From NCBI GenBank assembly GCA_965230295.1, contig OZ246001.1, forward strand, positions 352,001-416,000: a stretch of 64,000 bases of DNA. Direction: 5' to 3'. Each line of letters opens with the position of its first letter. Position 1 is the stretch's first letter. The notes under the pieces are model-generated. The model made no database searches and was not told where the DNA came from. It saw nothing but the letters and a program-made list of their open reading frames with translations. This document shows positions 10,668 to 20,869 of the stretch, piece after piece. This DNA is from Marinicella sp. (GTDB lineage Bacteria > Pseudomonadota > Gammaproteobacteria > Xanthomonadales > Marinicellaceae). The position numbers and the translations under genes are program-made.

Positions 10668-11302
10668 TTCTTAGCTCCTGCACCTTGGTCGACGCTTGAC
10701 ATCTCTTCGTCATCTAGATAACGGTAAGTTTTGGCCGTCCCTTCAAGCAGCAATCGTCCACCCAACAGTGAATCGCCTAAAGGTTTTAATGAAATGTCAT
10801 GCATGGTCAGTATCACCACCCTGGGTAATGAAGCCACACCACTCACAAAATCACCAAATTCATGGTAGTTACCTTTCATTTTTAAACTGATGGGTTTTTC
10901 TGCATAAAAATCCTTGACAGCTTCTGCACCAGGTTCAAATAGTTCGTTTTCAATACCACTGGCCAATGCAGTTTGTGAGACATCAACAATCAAATCAGAC
11001 ATCTCATTTTTGCTGGGCAATTGTCTGAGCATTGATTGAAGAATGATCTCCATTTCTTCCAATTGTTCTTTATATGCATCAAGCTGAGCTGCTTTTTGAT
11101 ATTTATACGAGTATGTGTTTTTTAAGTCATTCTCGGTTTTTTGTAAGCCTTCTAAGCTGGTGATCATGTCTTTTACAAACATGAAATAGCCCCCAACCAA
11201 TATCAAAATTGCCAACGCAACCACCGATGCCACTTTAATTGATGTAGGCCAGCCCCCTGGATTACTCGTATCTAAACTATTAATTTCATCAATAAAACTC
11301 AT
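10664..11302 (-). CDS. pilO: Type IV pilus alignment protein PilO
   Basis: NPGGWP, LRQLPSKNE, DFYAEKPI, GNYHEFGDFVSGVASLPRVV, AKTYRY. Confidence 0.95.
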   Translation of the reverse strand: MSFIDEINSLDTSNPGGWPTSIKVASVVALAILILVGGYFMFVKDMITSLEGLQKTENDLKNTYSYKYQKAAQLDAYKEQLEEMEIILQSMLRQLPSKNEMSDLIVDVSQTALASGIENELFEPGAEAVKDFYAEKPISLKMKGNYHEFGDFVSGVASLPRVVILTMHDISLKPLGDSLLGGRLLLEGTAKTYRYLDDEEMSSVDQGAGAKK

Positions 11303-11886
11303 GACACTTCCTCAACATCAGTATCTTTCTTACGATTTGGGTTTACTAAACGAACACTCAATTTAAATTTTTGCTCATGTGTTCCCAAAGTACTATCTGC
11401 TTTGATGTAATCTAACTCGATTTTTGAAAACCACTCTGAATCATCCAAACGTCTCATATAATCGGAAACCCTAGAATGGGACTGAGAATACCCTTCCATC
11501 GAAATTCTGGTTCCTTGTTGGGTTATTTTTTCTAAAAATACGCCATTTGGAATGGTTTTTACCAACTCATCAAACAAATGAACCATTTGTGTCCTGTTGG
11601 CTTGCAATTCCTCTATCACTTGTTGTCGAGCTATTAAACTTGCTTTTTTAGCTTCTAACTTTTCGATTTCTAAAATCTGTTGATCTAATTTGGTGATCTC
11701 AGTGGTCAAAAAAGAGTTCCTTTGATTCTGAAACTTGATACTTTGATCAAAGTAGTAATAAGCCAATCCAAAAACCACCAGTGCGAAACCAGCAGACAAC
11801 GCCAGCAGCAGATAATACTCTTTGGTTTGTTGTTGGCGCCTTTCTTCACGCCAGGGCAATAAATTAATCTTAGCCATATTAATCAA
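11299..11886 (-). CDS. pilN: Type IV pilus alignment protein PilN
   Basis: INLLPWREERR N-terminal motif, single TM, coiled coil. Confidence 0.96.
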   Translation of the reverse strand: MINMAKINLLPWREERRQQQTKEYYLLLALSAGFALVVFGLAYYYFDQSIKFQNQRNSFLTTEITKLDQQILEIEKLEAKKASLIARQQVIEELQANRTQMVHLFDELVKTIPNGVFLEKITQQGTRISMEGYSQSHSRVSDYMRRLDDSEWFSKIELDYIKADSTLGTHEQKFKLSVRLVNPNRKKDTDVEEVS

Positions 11887-12955
11887 AATTCCTCAGTGCT
11901 AATCCCACCACCGACATCATTGCCGGGGCATCCGCCTCAAGTGCTTCATGACTGACTTTTGACGAAAGTTTAAAATTGTGTACAGGATTGATTATTTCGG
12001 TAGGCACACCCACTTGATCTTCTACCAATGCATCTATTTCTGGTATGGATGCACAACCTCCACCCAATAAAATTCTATCCACATTACCAAATTCAGTTGC
12101 CGAAAAGAAAAACTGCAATGCCCTGCTCACTTGTTGAACCAACGTGTCCTTAAAGGACTGCAATACTTCTGACTCGTAACTTTCTGGCAACCCACCTTGT
12201 CGTTTAGCCAATCCAGCTTCTTCATAAGAAAGACCGTACCTTTGCATAATCTCCTCAGTCAGTTGTTTGCCACCAAATGATTGTTCTCGACTGTATATAC
12301 CAGTTCGTTTATGCATGGCGTGCATGGTCATGGTATTGGCACCAATATCAAACAATGCCACCACTTCTTCATCGTTGATTTCGTATTGCTCTCTGACCAG
12401 GTTAAAACACCTTTCTATGGCAAATGCTTCAACATCAACCACTTTTAAATCCAAACCAGCACCTTCAAAAGCCTCAATAAAAACATCGACATTTTCCGAT
12501 CTAGAACTCGCAATCAGTACGTTACTGACTTCTTCATTCCCTTCTACCGGGCCCAATACACAAAAATCCAAACTGACTTCATCAATTGGATAAGGAATGT
12601 ATTGTGTGGCATCCAATTCAAGCTGAGCTTCGAGCTCTTCATCTGTTAGCTCACTTGGCATTTGAATGATTTTGGTAATTACAGCAGAGCCAGATACGGC
12701 AGTTGATGCACCTTTTATCTTGATGCCTGCTTTATTGACCGCTTTACTGATGGCAGCCGACACCAAATCGACTTCAGCAATGTTGTTATCCACAACGGCA
12801 TTTACAGAAAGAGGTTCGACTGCGTATCTTTCTACCTTTAAGTTATCTAGACTACCTGACAGCTGTAATATCTTGACTGCTGATGAACTGACATCAACCC
12901 CGATTAACTGAACTTTATTTCTACCTAACAATTGCAAAACTATCTCTCTCTTCAA
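11879..12955 (-). CDS. pilM: Type IV pilus actin-like protein PilM (true start probably TTG at 12937)
   Basis: GVDVSSSAVK, YIPYPIDEVSLDF, VVDVEAFA, DIGA, FGGKQLTEEI, GLALRNFD. Confidence 0.96.
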   Translation of the reverse strand: MKREIVLQLLGRNKVQLIGVDVSSSAVKILQLSGSLDNLKVERYAVEPLSVNAVVDNNIAEVDLVSAAISKAVNKAGIKIKGASTAVSGSAVITKIIQMPSELTDEELEAQLELDATQYIPYPIDEVSLDFCVLGPVEGNEEVSNVLIASSRSENVDVFIEAFEGAGLDLKVVDVEAFAIERCFNLVREQYEINDEEVVALFDIGANTMTMHAMHKRTGIYSREQSFGGKQLTEEIMQRYGLSYEEAGLAKRQGGLPESYESEVLQSFKDTLVQQVSRALQFFFSATEFGNVDRILLGGGCASIPEIDALVEDQVGVPTEIINPVHNFKLSSKVSHEALEADAPAMMSVVGLALRNFD

Positions 12956-13209
12956 TAATTGCTATATATGTTCTTCTTACTTGCAACCATTACACACATT
13001 CATCAATTTCAAATCTGTGCCACTAATCACAATTTACATCAATACTTTACTTTTTTTAAGAAGACAATGCAAGAATAACCTTTAAAGTACTGAATAATCA
13101 AGATATATTTAAAAAATAATACCAGAATGTGGGCATCAAGAAGTTGCGTGTCAAAGTCTGGACGACTAAATAGTTCGAATCTCACGAGGGATTATTGTGT
13201 GCGGAAGAA

Positions 13210-13286
13210 TGGTGGGCCTGGTAGGACTCGAACCTACGACCAATGGATTATGAGTCCACTGCTCTAACCAACTGAGCTACAGGCCC
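13210..13286 (-). tRNA. tRNA-Ile2 (anticodon CAU, lysidine type)
   Basis: Reverse complement GGGCCTGTAGCTCAGTTGGTTAGAGCAGTGGACTCATAATCCATTGGTCGTAGGTTCGAGTCCTACCAGGCCCACCA: cloverleaf, encoded CCA, CAT anticodon. GACTCATAATC arm and GGGCC acceptor resemble E. coli ileX rather than Met tRNAs. Confidence 0.9.
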
Positions 13287-13349
13287 TGAAATGTAGCAGC
13301 GCATTATAACTGATGAAAAATGGGACTGCACCAATTTATTTGTCTTGAT

Positions 13350-13952
13350 TTACGCATCGATCATTGCCTGATAGAAGTGAAACATTCGGGTTGCATTAAG
13401 TGCCAATTCTTGCAAGCCCTGATTGTTCGCAATGACATCTGTGGCCAGTAACAATCGCTCCTCACGTGACAACTGGGAGTCTATGATGGCTTGCGCTGCA
13501 ACCTCATCTAATTGATCTCTATTTTGGATGCGTGATAACTGTATGGATTCATCCACATCAATGACCAAAACCCGATCAAAGGTTATTCTCGTCGAATGCT
13601 CGCTATACAAGGGAATGACCCACAATTCCATTGGCAAATGATTCATGATTGAAGCCTGCTCAGCGGCTTCCCAAATCAATGGATGCAAAATACCATTTAC
13701 GGTTTTTCTCTTATCATCATCAGAAAAAATCAATTGTTTTAAATGCCTGCGATTGAGTTCACCGTCAGACAATAATATTTGATCACCAAACGCATCAACC
13801 AATTGAGACAACCCCGCCGAACCTGGCTCCACCACATGTCTGGCCAGTATGTCCGTGTCAATGATGCAGGCACCCAACGTGGCAAAATGGTCTGAAACAA
13901 ACGTTTTACCTGATGCAATACCACCGGTTAAACACACTTTGAGTTTATTCAC
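13350..13952 (-). CDS. coaE: Dephospho-CoA kinase
   Basis: LTGGIASGKT P-loop, IIDTD, ILHPLI; follows pilD. Confidence 0.96.
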   Translation of the reverse strand: MNKLKVCLTGGIASGKTFVSDHFATLGACIIDTDILARHVVEPGSAGLSQLVDAFGDQILLSDGELNRRHLKQLIFSDDDKRKTVNGILHPLIWEAAEQASIMNHLPMELWVIPLYSEHSTRITFDRVLVIDVDESIQLSRIQNRDQLDEVAAQAIIDSQLSREERLLLATDVIANNQGLQELALNATRMFHFYQAMIDA

Positions 13953-14810
13953 TTACAGTCCAGGAAAGAGGTAAGCAAGGATTTGTGCACCAAACACATA
14001 GCTAACAAAGATACCAATGGACAGGTACGGCCCGAATGGTATTTTATTTTGACCTTTCTTCATGGCAGCTTGAGCCAATGCAAAGATCAACCCACTGATT
14101 GAAGCAATGAATAACACTGCGATCAACAATTCCGGGCCCAACCATGCGCCACCAGCAGCCAACAGTTTAAAATCCCCATAACCCATGCCTTCTTTGCCAG
14201 TCAACAATTTGAACAAATGGAAAACCAGCCACAAGGATAAATACCCCACCAAAGCGCCTTGAATCGCTTGGACAGGTGTTATAGAAAACTCAAATAAACT
14301 GAAAAACAAACCCAGCCACAACAATGGCAGGCTTAACTGATCAGGTATTAAAAATGTATCAAAATCAATCCAGGTAATTGCAATCAAAAACCACAACAAC
14401 AAACAGGCAGCCAACAGCGCTAAACCAAACCCCAATTGATAAGCCAGAGCAGCAGTTAACAACGCAGTGAGCAGTTCAATAAATGGATAGCGGAATGATA
14501 TGCCCTTGCCACAAAAATGACATTTACCACGCAACAATAGATAACTGAGAACCGGTATGTTGTGCCATGCCGACAACTGATTTTTACATTGCGGACAATG
14601 CGAACGGGTCAGTGCTATGCCAGGTGGTTGCTTTTCCTTAAATTCATTTTCATTGAACTCAGCAAACTCTTTTTTCCAGTTGTATTCCATCAATGGTGGC
14701 AAGCGCAGTATGACCACGTTGAGAAAACTACCCACCAGAAGGCCAAATACAAATGCAACTACATTCAATAATAACGGGTACTGGTCAAATACCGCTGATA
14801 ACTCTGTCAC
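13953..14810 (-). CDS. pilD: Prepilin peptidase/N-methyltransferase PilD
   Basis: GSFLNVVILRLP, RSHCPQC...GKCHFC, EGMGYGDFKL, IPFGPYL. Start placed at GTG 14810, just after the pilC stop (the ORF track extends to 14858). Confidence 0.95.
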   Translation of the reverse strand: MTELSAVFDQYPLLLNVVAFVFGLLVGSFLNVVILRLPPLMEYNWKKEFAEFNENEFKEKQPPGIALTRSHCPQCKNQLSAWHNIPVLSYLLLRGKCHFCGKGISFRYPFIELLTALLTAALAYQLGFGLALLAACLLLWFLIAITWIDFDTFLIPDQLSLPLLWLGLFFSLFEFSITPVQAIQGALVGYLSLWLVFHLFKLLTGKEGMGYGDFKLLAAGGAWLGPELLIAVLFIASISGLIFALAQAAMKKGQNKIPFGPYLSIGIFVSYVFGAQILAYLFPGL

Positions 14811-14811
14811 T

Positions 14812-16035
14812 TTAAAATACAGATGCCATTTTAAAGATCGGCAAGTACATGGCAACAACCATCACACCCACCAAACCACCAACCAAAACCATGATGATTG
14901 GCTCCAACAAACTACTCAAGGCATCCACCGCATTGGAAACTTCCTGCTCATAATAGTCTGCCACTTTAGCCAGCATCGCATCTAAATTACCCGATTCCTC
15001 ACCAATGGCAGCCATTTGTATCACCATATGTGGAAATAAATTGGCTTGACTCATGGCCAATTGCAGTTGATGACCTGTAGATACATCGTCTTTAATTTGC
15101 AAGACAGCATCTCTGAAGACCACATTACCCACTGCGCCAGAAACCGTATCCAAACCTTCAACCAAAGGAACACCCGCAGCAAAAGTGGTCGATAATGTGC
15201 GAGCAAAACGTGCCACAGCTGCATCAAATAAAATACCGCCGACAATAGGAATCTTTAATGACAGCCGATCCAATGCATGGGCAAATTTCAGCGACCTTTT
15301 TTTCAATTGTGAAAAGCCAACCACGATACCAACCAAGACACCAATCACAATCAACCAGTATTCTTGCATGGTTTTAGAGGCATTGACCACCATCAAAGTC
15401 AGCCCTGGTAAATCTGCACCAAAACTGGCAAACATACTTTGGAATTCTGGCACCACCTTCACCAACAATAAAATGGTCACACCGACGGCAACAAACAAAA
15501 CAGCAGCCGGATAAAACATGGCCTTCTTAATTTTACCCTTGATCTCCTCAGTCCGCTCTTTATAGGTGGCGATGGTATCTAACAACTCATCCAGCACACC
15601 TGCTTTTTCTCCGGCATTGACCAAGTTGCAATACAACTCATCAAAATACAGTGGATGCCGACCTAAAGATTCAGCCAATGAAGACCCTGATTGAATTTCA
15701 GTTTTCACTTCATTCAATAACTTGGCCATTCTTGGGTTGGTTTGCCCGCCCTCAATAATCTCAAAGGCTTGTACCATTGGCACTCCGGACTCCATCATGG
15801 TTGCCAGCTGCCTACTGAATAAAGCAATGTCTTGTGGTTTGATGGCCTTACCACCATCGAATAATGATTTCCTTTTTTTATAAATCTTTTTGACTTGAAT
15901 GCCTTGGCGTCTCAATTCATTTTTCGCCAAAGTCGTTGATTTGGCTTGCTGAACGCCTTTCAGCTTTTTACCAATTTTATCAACACCAACCCATTCAAAG
16001 GATTGCAATTCATCAATTTTTTGTGCTTTTGCCAT
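14812..16035 (-). CDS. pilC: Type IV pilus platform protein PilC
   Basis: FSRQLATMMESGVP, AGEKAGVLD, GEESGNLD, MYLPIF; two T2SSF domains. Confidence 0.97.
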   Translation of the reverse strand: MAKAQKIDELQSFEWVGVDKIGKKLKGVQQAKSTTLAKNELRRQGIQVKKIYKKRKSLFDGGKAIKPQDIALFSRQLATMMESGVPMVQAFEIIEGGQTNPRMAKLLNEVKTEIQSGSSLAESLGRHPLYFDELYCNLVNAGEKAGVLDELLDTIATYKERTEEIKGKIKKAMFYPAAVLFVAVGVTILLLVKVVPEFQSMFASFGADLPGLTLMVVNASKTMQEYWLIVIGVLVGIVVGFSQLKKRSLKFAHALDRLSLKIPIVGGILFDAAVARFARTLSTTFAAGVPLVEGLDTVSGAVGNVVFRDAVLQIKDDVSTGHQLQLAMSQANLFPHMVIQMAAIGEESGNLDAMLAKVADYYEQEVSNAVDALSSLLEPIIMVLVGGLVGVMVVAMYLPIFKMASVF

Positions 16036-16040
16036 AATTT

Positions 16041-17750
16041 TTAATCCACAGTTACACGATTGGCCTCAACCAAACCAGTGATGCCGTTTTTAACTTTTAA
16101 CAATGCTGACTTTCTCAGGTTTGCGATCCCGTCATTTTCAGCTGCTTCGGCAATATCCAATGAATTGCCGCCCTCTAAAATAATTTTCTTGATGCCGTCG
16201 GTAATGGGCATGACTTCATATATACCCACCCGGCCTTTATAACCTTCGTTACACTTAGGACACCCAACCGGATCAAATATAGTTGCACTTTCTAATTCTT
16301 CTTCAGCAAAGCCAGCTTGAATCAAAGCCTCTTTACTCAGCTCTGTGGGCTTCTTGCAGTCACACAACCGCCTGGCCAACCTTTGCGCAATGATGATAGA
16401 TACGGCGGAAACCACGTTGAATGGCGCCACCCCCATATTCACCAAACGACTCACCGTTTCGGGTGCATTGTTGGTGTGCAAGGTTGACAACACCATGTGA
16501 CCAGTTTGTGCCGCTTTGATGGCAATTTCTGCCGTTTCCAAATCCCGAATCTCACCGACCATGATCACATCAGGGTCTTGGCGCAGGAATGACCGCAGTG
16601 CCGCAGAGAATGTCATCCCTTGTTTGGCATTTTGCTGCACCTGATTGATGCCATCAACCCGGATTTCTACAGGATCCTCTGCCGTTGAAATGTTTCTGCC
16701 TTCGGTATTCAGTATGTTCAATGCAGTATACAGCGAAACCGTTTTACCACTACCCGTAGGACCTGTTACCAACACCATGCCATAGGGCTTGACGATGGCA
16801 TCCATAAATAGTTTTTTCTGATCGTCTTCATAACCCAGCTTGTCAATACCCATTTTAGCTGCTGATGCATCCAAAATACGCATCACAATCTTTTCACCAA
16901 ATAAAGTTGGGCAGGTACTTAAACGAAAATCGATTGAATTGTTCTTGGATAAATTCAATTTAACACGACCGTCTTGGGGCACCCTTTTTTCAGCAATATC
17001 CAGTTTTGACATGACCTTCAGTCTTGAAGCTATTTTCTGTGTCATGTTCTTGGGCGGTTTGATCATGGTCTTAAGCATACCGTCAATACGATAACGTACA
17101 CGGTAAGTCTTTTCATAAGGTTCGAAATGTATATCAGAAGCACCACGCTTAATGGCGTCCAAAAGTACTTTATTGACCAGTTTTACAGCTGGTGAGTCAG
17201 CCAGGTCTTCAACAGCATCAGAACTGTCAGCATATTCGTCTTCATCATCGTATTCTAAATTCTCAAGCCCTTCATCGCCCAAATCATCCATCACTGAAGA
17301 AGCTTCTTTCAGTGCTTCTTCAATGGCGCTGAGTAGTCCGTCATGCCTGACTAAAATCGGTTCAACCGCTAAATTGGTGTGGAACCTCACTTCTTCTAAT
17401 GCCCGAACATTGGTGGGATCAGAAATTCCGATAAAGACTTTTTTACCTCTGACAAACAAGGGTAAAACCTGATGTTTCTCGACCAAGTTATCAGACACCA
17501 AGCCCATGGGTAATTGAGCCATGTCCATGGCATTAACATCCAAGACAGGCACACCATATTCATTTGATGCCGCGTCACACAAATCGCTGGCATCAACCAG
17601 GTTGTTATCAGTCAGGTAAGCAAACAATGGAATTTTCTGCTTTCTGGCCGTTTCATTGGCTTCAGCAGCTACTTCCATGTCAATCAAGCCATTTTGCACC
17701 AATCGACGCAAAGCACCACTGACCATAGTTTTAGTACTAGTTACACTCAT
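16041..17750 (-). CDS. pilB: Type IV pilus extension ATPase PilB
   Basis: ASDIHFEP, GPTGSGKT, RQDPDVIMVGEIRD, TGHMVLSTLHTN, tetra-Cys motif. Confidence 0.97.
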   Translation of the reverse strand: MSVTSTKTMVSGALRRLVQNGLIDMEVAAEANETARKQKIPLFAYLTDNNLVDASDLCDAASNEYGVPVLDVNAMDMAQLPMGLVSDNLVEKHQVLPLFVRGKKVFIGISDPTNVRALEEVRFHTNLAVEPILVRHDGLLSAIEEALKEASSVMDDLGDEGLENLEYDDEDEYADSSDAVEDLADSPAVKLVNKVLLDAIKRGASDIHFEPYEKTYRVRYRIDGMLKTMIKPPKNMTQKIASRLKVMSKLDIAEKRVPQDGRVKLNLSKNNSIDFRLSTCPTLFGEKIVMRILDASAAKMGIDKLGYEDDQKKLFMDAIVKPYGMVLVTGPTGSGKTVSLYTALNILNTEGRNISTAEDPVEIRVDGINQVQQNAKQGMTFSAALRSFLRQDPDVIMVGEIRDLETAEIAIKAAQTGHMVLSTLHTNNAPETVSRLVNMGVAPFNVVSAVSIIIAQRLARRLCDCKKPTELSKEALIQAGFAEEELESATIFDPVGCPKCNEGYKGRVGIYEVMPITDGIKKIILEGGNSLDIAEAAENDGIANLRKSALLKVKNGITGLVEANRVTVD

Positions 17751-18234
17751 ATGTCACTTTTTATAAAGTTAAAATACATACCACATACAACAATACTTTA
17801 CCTGAAAATATCAATTGATTACAACTATTTAGCAACTTCATTTTAAGGATTTTGCAAAACAGCTACTCGCGACAGCCAAGACTTCAACTTAATCTGTACC
17901 CGATGTCCCACACCAGTCCAGCTTCAACAATCAGAAATTCTTGGGCATGTCAGTAAATAAAATCCAAATCTTTGCCTTTGGCCCAACAGCCATAAACAAC
18001 ATTGAAACAAGCCTTTCTCAATTATATGCAATCGTGCTTTGGTAACTGCGAACACATTCACATTAACAGCCATCCAAAGTATTCCGATATAGAATTTCAA
18101 CGCTTGATTCTGCCCCCACTATCGGCAATCTTTCCACCATGCAAAATCACACATAAATTCACACAAAACACGGCTTGTTTCAGCTAAAATACAGCGCGAC
18201 TTTGAACTATATCAATTAACCAGGAATAGACAAT

Positions 18235-19398
18235 ATGAATTTTCATGAATACCAGGCCAAAGAACTGTTTGCCAAATACAACATACCCATCCCCAATGGT
18301 GAGGTGGCAAGAACGGCTGAAGAAGCCGTTGCAGCCGCTAAATCCTTGGACTGTGACATGTGGGTGGTCAAAGCCCAGGTGCATGCTGGCGGACGCGGCA
18401 AAGCCGGTGGTGTAAAGCTGGCAAAAACCTTGGATGAAGTTAAACAATATGCCAACGACATGCTTGGCATGAAAATTCAAACGTACCAAACAGGTGGCTT
18501 GGCATTACCGGTGAATGAAGTATTGATCACTGAAGCTGCAGACATTGAACAAGAAATTTATCTGAGTTTGTTGGTAGATCGAGCCAATAAATGCCTGTCA
18601 TTTGTGGCCTCTGCAGAAGGCGGTGTCGAAATTGAGGAAGTGGCCAGAACCAATCCTGAGAAAATCCACACCATTCAGGTCGACAACACCGAAGGCCTGT
18701 TCCCTTACGCCTGCCGTAAAGCTGGATTTGCTATGGGCTTGAACAGCAAGCAAGTCAGACAACTGACTCACATCATGATGCAAATGTACAAGATGTTCCT
18801 TGACTTGGACTTGTCATTAATTGAAGTTAATCCGTTGATTATTGATGACAATCAAGATGTCATTGCGTTGGATGCAAAGATCAATTCCGATGACAATGCA
18901 GATTTCAGACACAAAGACCTGGCTGATTTACGCGACATCACTCAAGAAGACCCTGCCGAAGCCAAAGCCCATCAACATGACCTTAATTACATCAAATTAG
19001 ATGGCAACATTGCATGTATGGTGAATGGAGCCGGTTTGGCCATGGCAACCATGGATGTGATTAAATTAAAAGGTGGCGAACCTGCTAACTTTTTAGATGT
19101 GGGTGGTGGCGCCACTGCAGAGCGTGTGGCCATCGCTTTCAAAATCATCTTGTCAGATCCCAACGTGAAATCAATTCTGGTCAACATTTTTGGTGGCATT
19201 GTCCGCTGCGACCTGATTGCTGACGGCATCATTGCAGCCATCAAGGAAGTCGGTGTTGAAGTACCCATCGTGGTTAGACTTGAAGGCACCAATGTCAACG
19301 AAGGCAAGAGAATTTTAGACGAAAGTGGTTTGGCTGTTATCTCAGCTGATAATTTAGACGATGCTGCCAACAAAGCAGTGGCTGCAGTAGGAGCATAA
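18235..19398 (+). CDS. sucC: Succinyl-CoA synthetase beta subunit
   Basis: [45 protein letters not shown]. Confidence 0.98.
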   Translation: MNFHEYQAKELFAKYNIPIPNGEVARTAEEAVAAAKSLDCDMWVVKAQVHAGGRGKAGGVKLAKTLDEVKQYANDMLGMKIQTYQTGGLALPVNEVLITEAADIEQEIYLSLLVDRANKCLSFVASAEGGVEIEEVARTNPEKIHTIQVDNTEGLFPYACRKAGFAMGLNSKQVRQLTHIMMQMYKMFLDLDLSLIEVNPLIIDDNQDVIALDAKINSDDNADFRHKDLADLRDITQEDPAEAKAHQHDLNYIKLDGNIACMVNGAGLAMATMDVIKLKGGEPANFLDVGGGATAERVAIAFKIILSDPNVKSILVNIFGGIVRCDLIADGIIAAIKEVGVEVPIVVRLEGTNVNEGKRILDESGLAVISADNLDDAANKAVAAVGA

Positions 19399-19399
19399 C

Positions 19400-20269
19400 A
19401 TGAGTGTATTAGTTAACAAAGACACCCGTTTATTGGTACAAGGATTTACAGGGTCACAAGGCACATTCCACAGTGAACAAGCCATTGATTACGGCACCAA
19501 CCTGGTGGGTGGCGTTACCCCTGGGAAAGGCGGCAGTCAACATTTGAACAGACCTGTGTTCAACACGGTTGCCGACGGTGTTAATGAAGCAGGCGCGAAC
19601 GCTTCTGTGATTTTCGTACCACCACCATTTGCTGCAGATGCGATCTTGGAAGCGGTAGATGCCGGTATAAAATTGATTGTAACCATCACCGAAGGTATTC
19701 CTGTTTTAGATATGATGAAAGTCAGAACTGTATTGGATGCCAACCCTGACGTGGTCATGATTGGTCCCAATTGTCCTGGTATCATCACCCCGGGTGAATG
19801 TAAGATTGGCATCATGCCTGCTGCCATACATCAGCCAGGCCGCATTGGCATTGTTTCACGTTCAGGTACTTTGACCTATGAAGCGGTTCATCAAACCACG
19901 TCGGTCGGTTTGGGTCAGTCAACCTGTATAGGTATAGGCGGTGACCCCATTCAAGGCACCAACTTCATTGATTGCTTGAAATTATTCCAAAATGATGACC
20001 AAACAGATGGCATCATCATGGTGGGTGAAATCGGTGGTTCTGCAGAAGAAGAAGCCGCTGAATACATCAAAGCCAATGTCACCAAGCCAGTGGTTTCATA
20101 CATTGCTGGTGTAACCGCACCTGAAGGAAAGCGCATGGGTCATGCAGGTGCTATTGTTGCTGGAGGGAAAGGCACAGCTCAAGCCAAGTATGAAGCCTTG
20201 GAAGCCGCTGGTGTTAAAACCGTCAAATCTCCGACTTTCTTAGGTGAAAGCATCAAAGAAATGCTGTAA
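19400..20269 (+). CDS. sucD: Succinyl-CoA synthetase alpha subunit
   Basis: [34 protein letters not shown]. Confidence 0.98.
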   Translation: MSVLVNKDTRLLVQGFTGSQGTFHSEQAIDYGTNLVGGVTPGKGGSQHLNRPVFNTVADGVNEAGANASVIFVPPPFAADAILEAVDAGIKLIVTITEGIPVLDMMKVRTVLDANPDVVMIGPNCPGIITPGECKIGIMPAAIHQPGRIGIVSRSGTLTYEAVHQTTSVGLGQSTCIGIGGDPIQGTNFIDCLKLFQNDDQTDGIIMVGEIGGSAEEEAAEYIKANVTKPVVSYIAGVTAPEGKRMGHAGAIVAGGKGTAQAKYEALEAAGVKTVKSPTFLGESIKEML

Positions 20270-20321
20270 ACAGCGCCTGGATTGAGCACCATCACTGGAA
20301 TCAATTCCAGACCCTACGAGG

Positions 20322-20353
20322 AGCCAGCTGTTGATCAACAGCTGGCTTTTTTT
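20322..20353 (+). terminator. Rho-independent terminator after sucCD
   Basis: AGCCAGCTGTTG-AT-CAACAGCTGGCT followed by a T-run. Confidence 0.88.
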
Positions 20354-20424
20354 ATCCCTCACACTATGATGACGAAGGCAGTGCTTTGTGTTATATTGAT
20401 AGTAACTACAACTGGAGAATCAAT

Positions 20425-20865
20425 ATGGTAAAACCTCGCATCACTTTGGCCTGCTTGGCCTTATTGTTTTCTATTTCAGTTCTGGCTGAGCAGAAAGTAT
20501 CTCAAGGCGATTACGAATTGCACTACAACACTTTTCCATCAACTTTTTTATCAAAAGAAATTGCCAATGCCTATCAAATTGTTAGATCGAAAAACCGTGG
20601 GATCATCAGTATTTCTTTGCTAGACACCTCTAAAATACCTGCCATGGCCGTGGAAGGAGACATTGAAATTTCTGCCAAAAACCTCCTGAATCAGACCAAA
20701 GAGGTAAAATTGATAAAAATCACAGAGAAAAACCAAGCTGTCTATTATTTAGGCACCTTTGCTTTAAACAACCAGGAAGATGTTAATTTTTCTTTGACGG
20801 CAATTCCAACAGGCAGTGAAGAACGCATTGCTGCTAAATTTTCCAGGGAATTTTATACCGATTGA
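20425..20865 (+). CDS. DUF4426-family secreted protein
   Basis: ATG 20425 after GGAG; signal peptide; YELHYNTFPSTFL...YQIVRSKNRGII and AVYYL resemble DUF4426. Confidence 0.75.
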   Translation: MVKPRITLACLALLFSISVLAEQKVSQGDYELHYNTFPSTFLSKEIANAYQIVRSKNRGIISISLLDTSKIPAMAVEGDIEISAKNLLNQTKEVKLIKITEKNQAVYYLGTFALNNQEDVNFSLTAIPTGSEERIAAKFSREFYTD

Positions 20866-20869
20866 TCCC

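Noticed and set aside
13210-13286. CAT-anticodon tRNA as tRNA-Met, or as an integration site
   Set aside because: The sequence resembles Ile2 rather than initiator or elongator Met. No duplicated 3' end or integrase was seen nearby; the same holds for tRNA-Asn.
17751-18234. Long pilB-sucC intergenic region as a hidden pilA or pilin remnant (includes the 61-aa ORF 18002-18187)
   Set aside because: No G|FTLIE prepilin motif, hydrophobic helix or clear structure found by eye; treated as a divergent promoter region.
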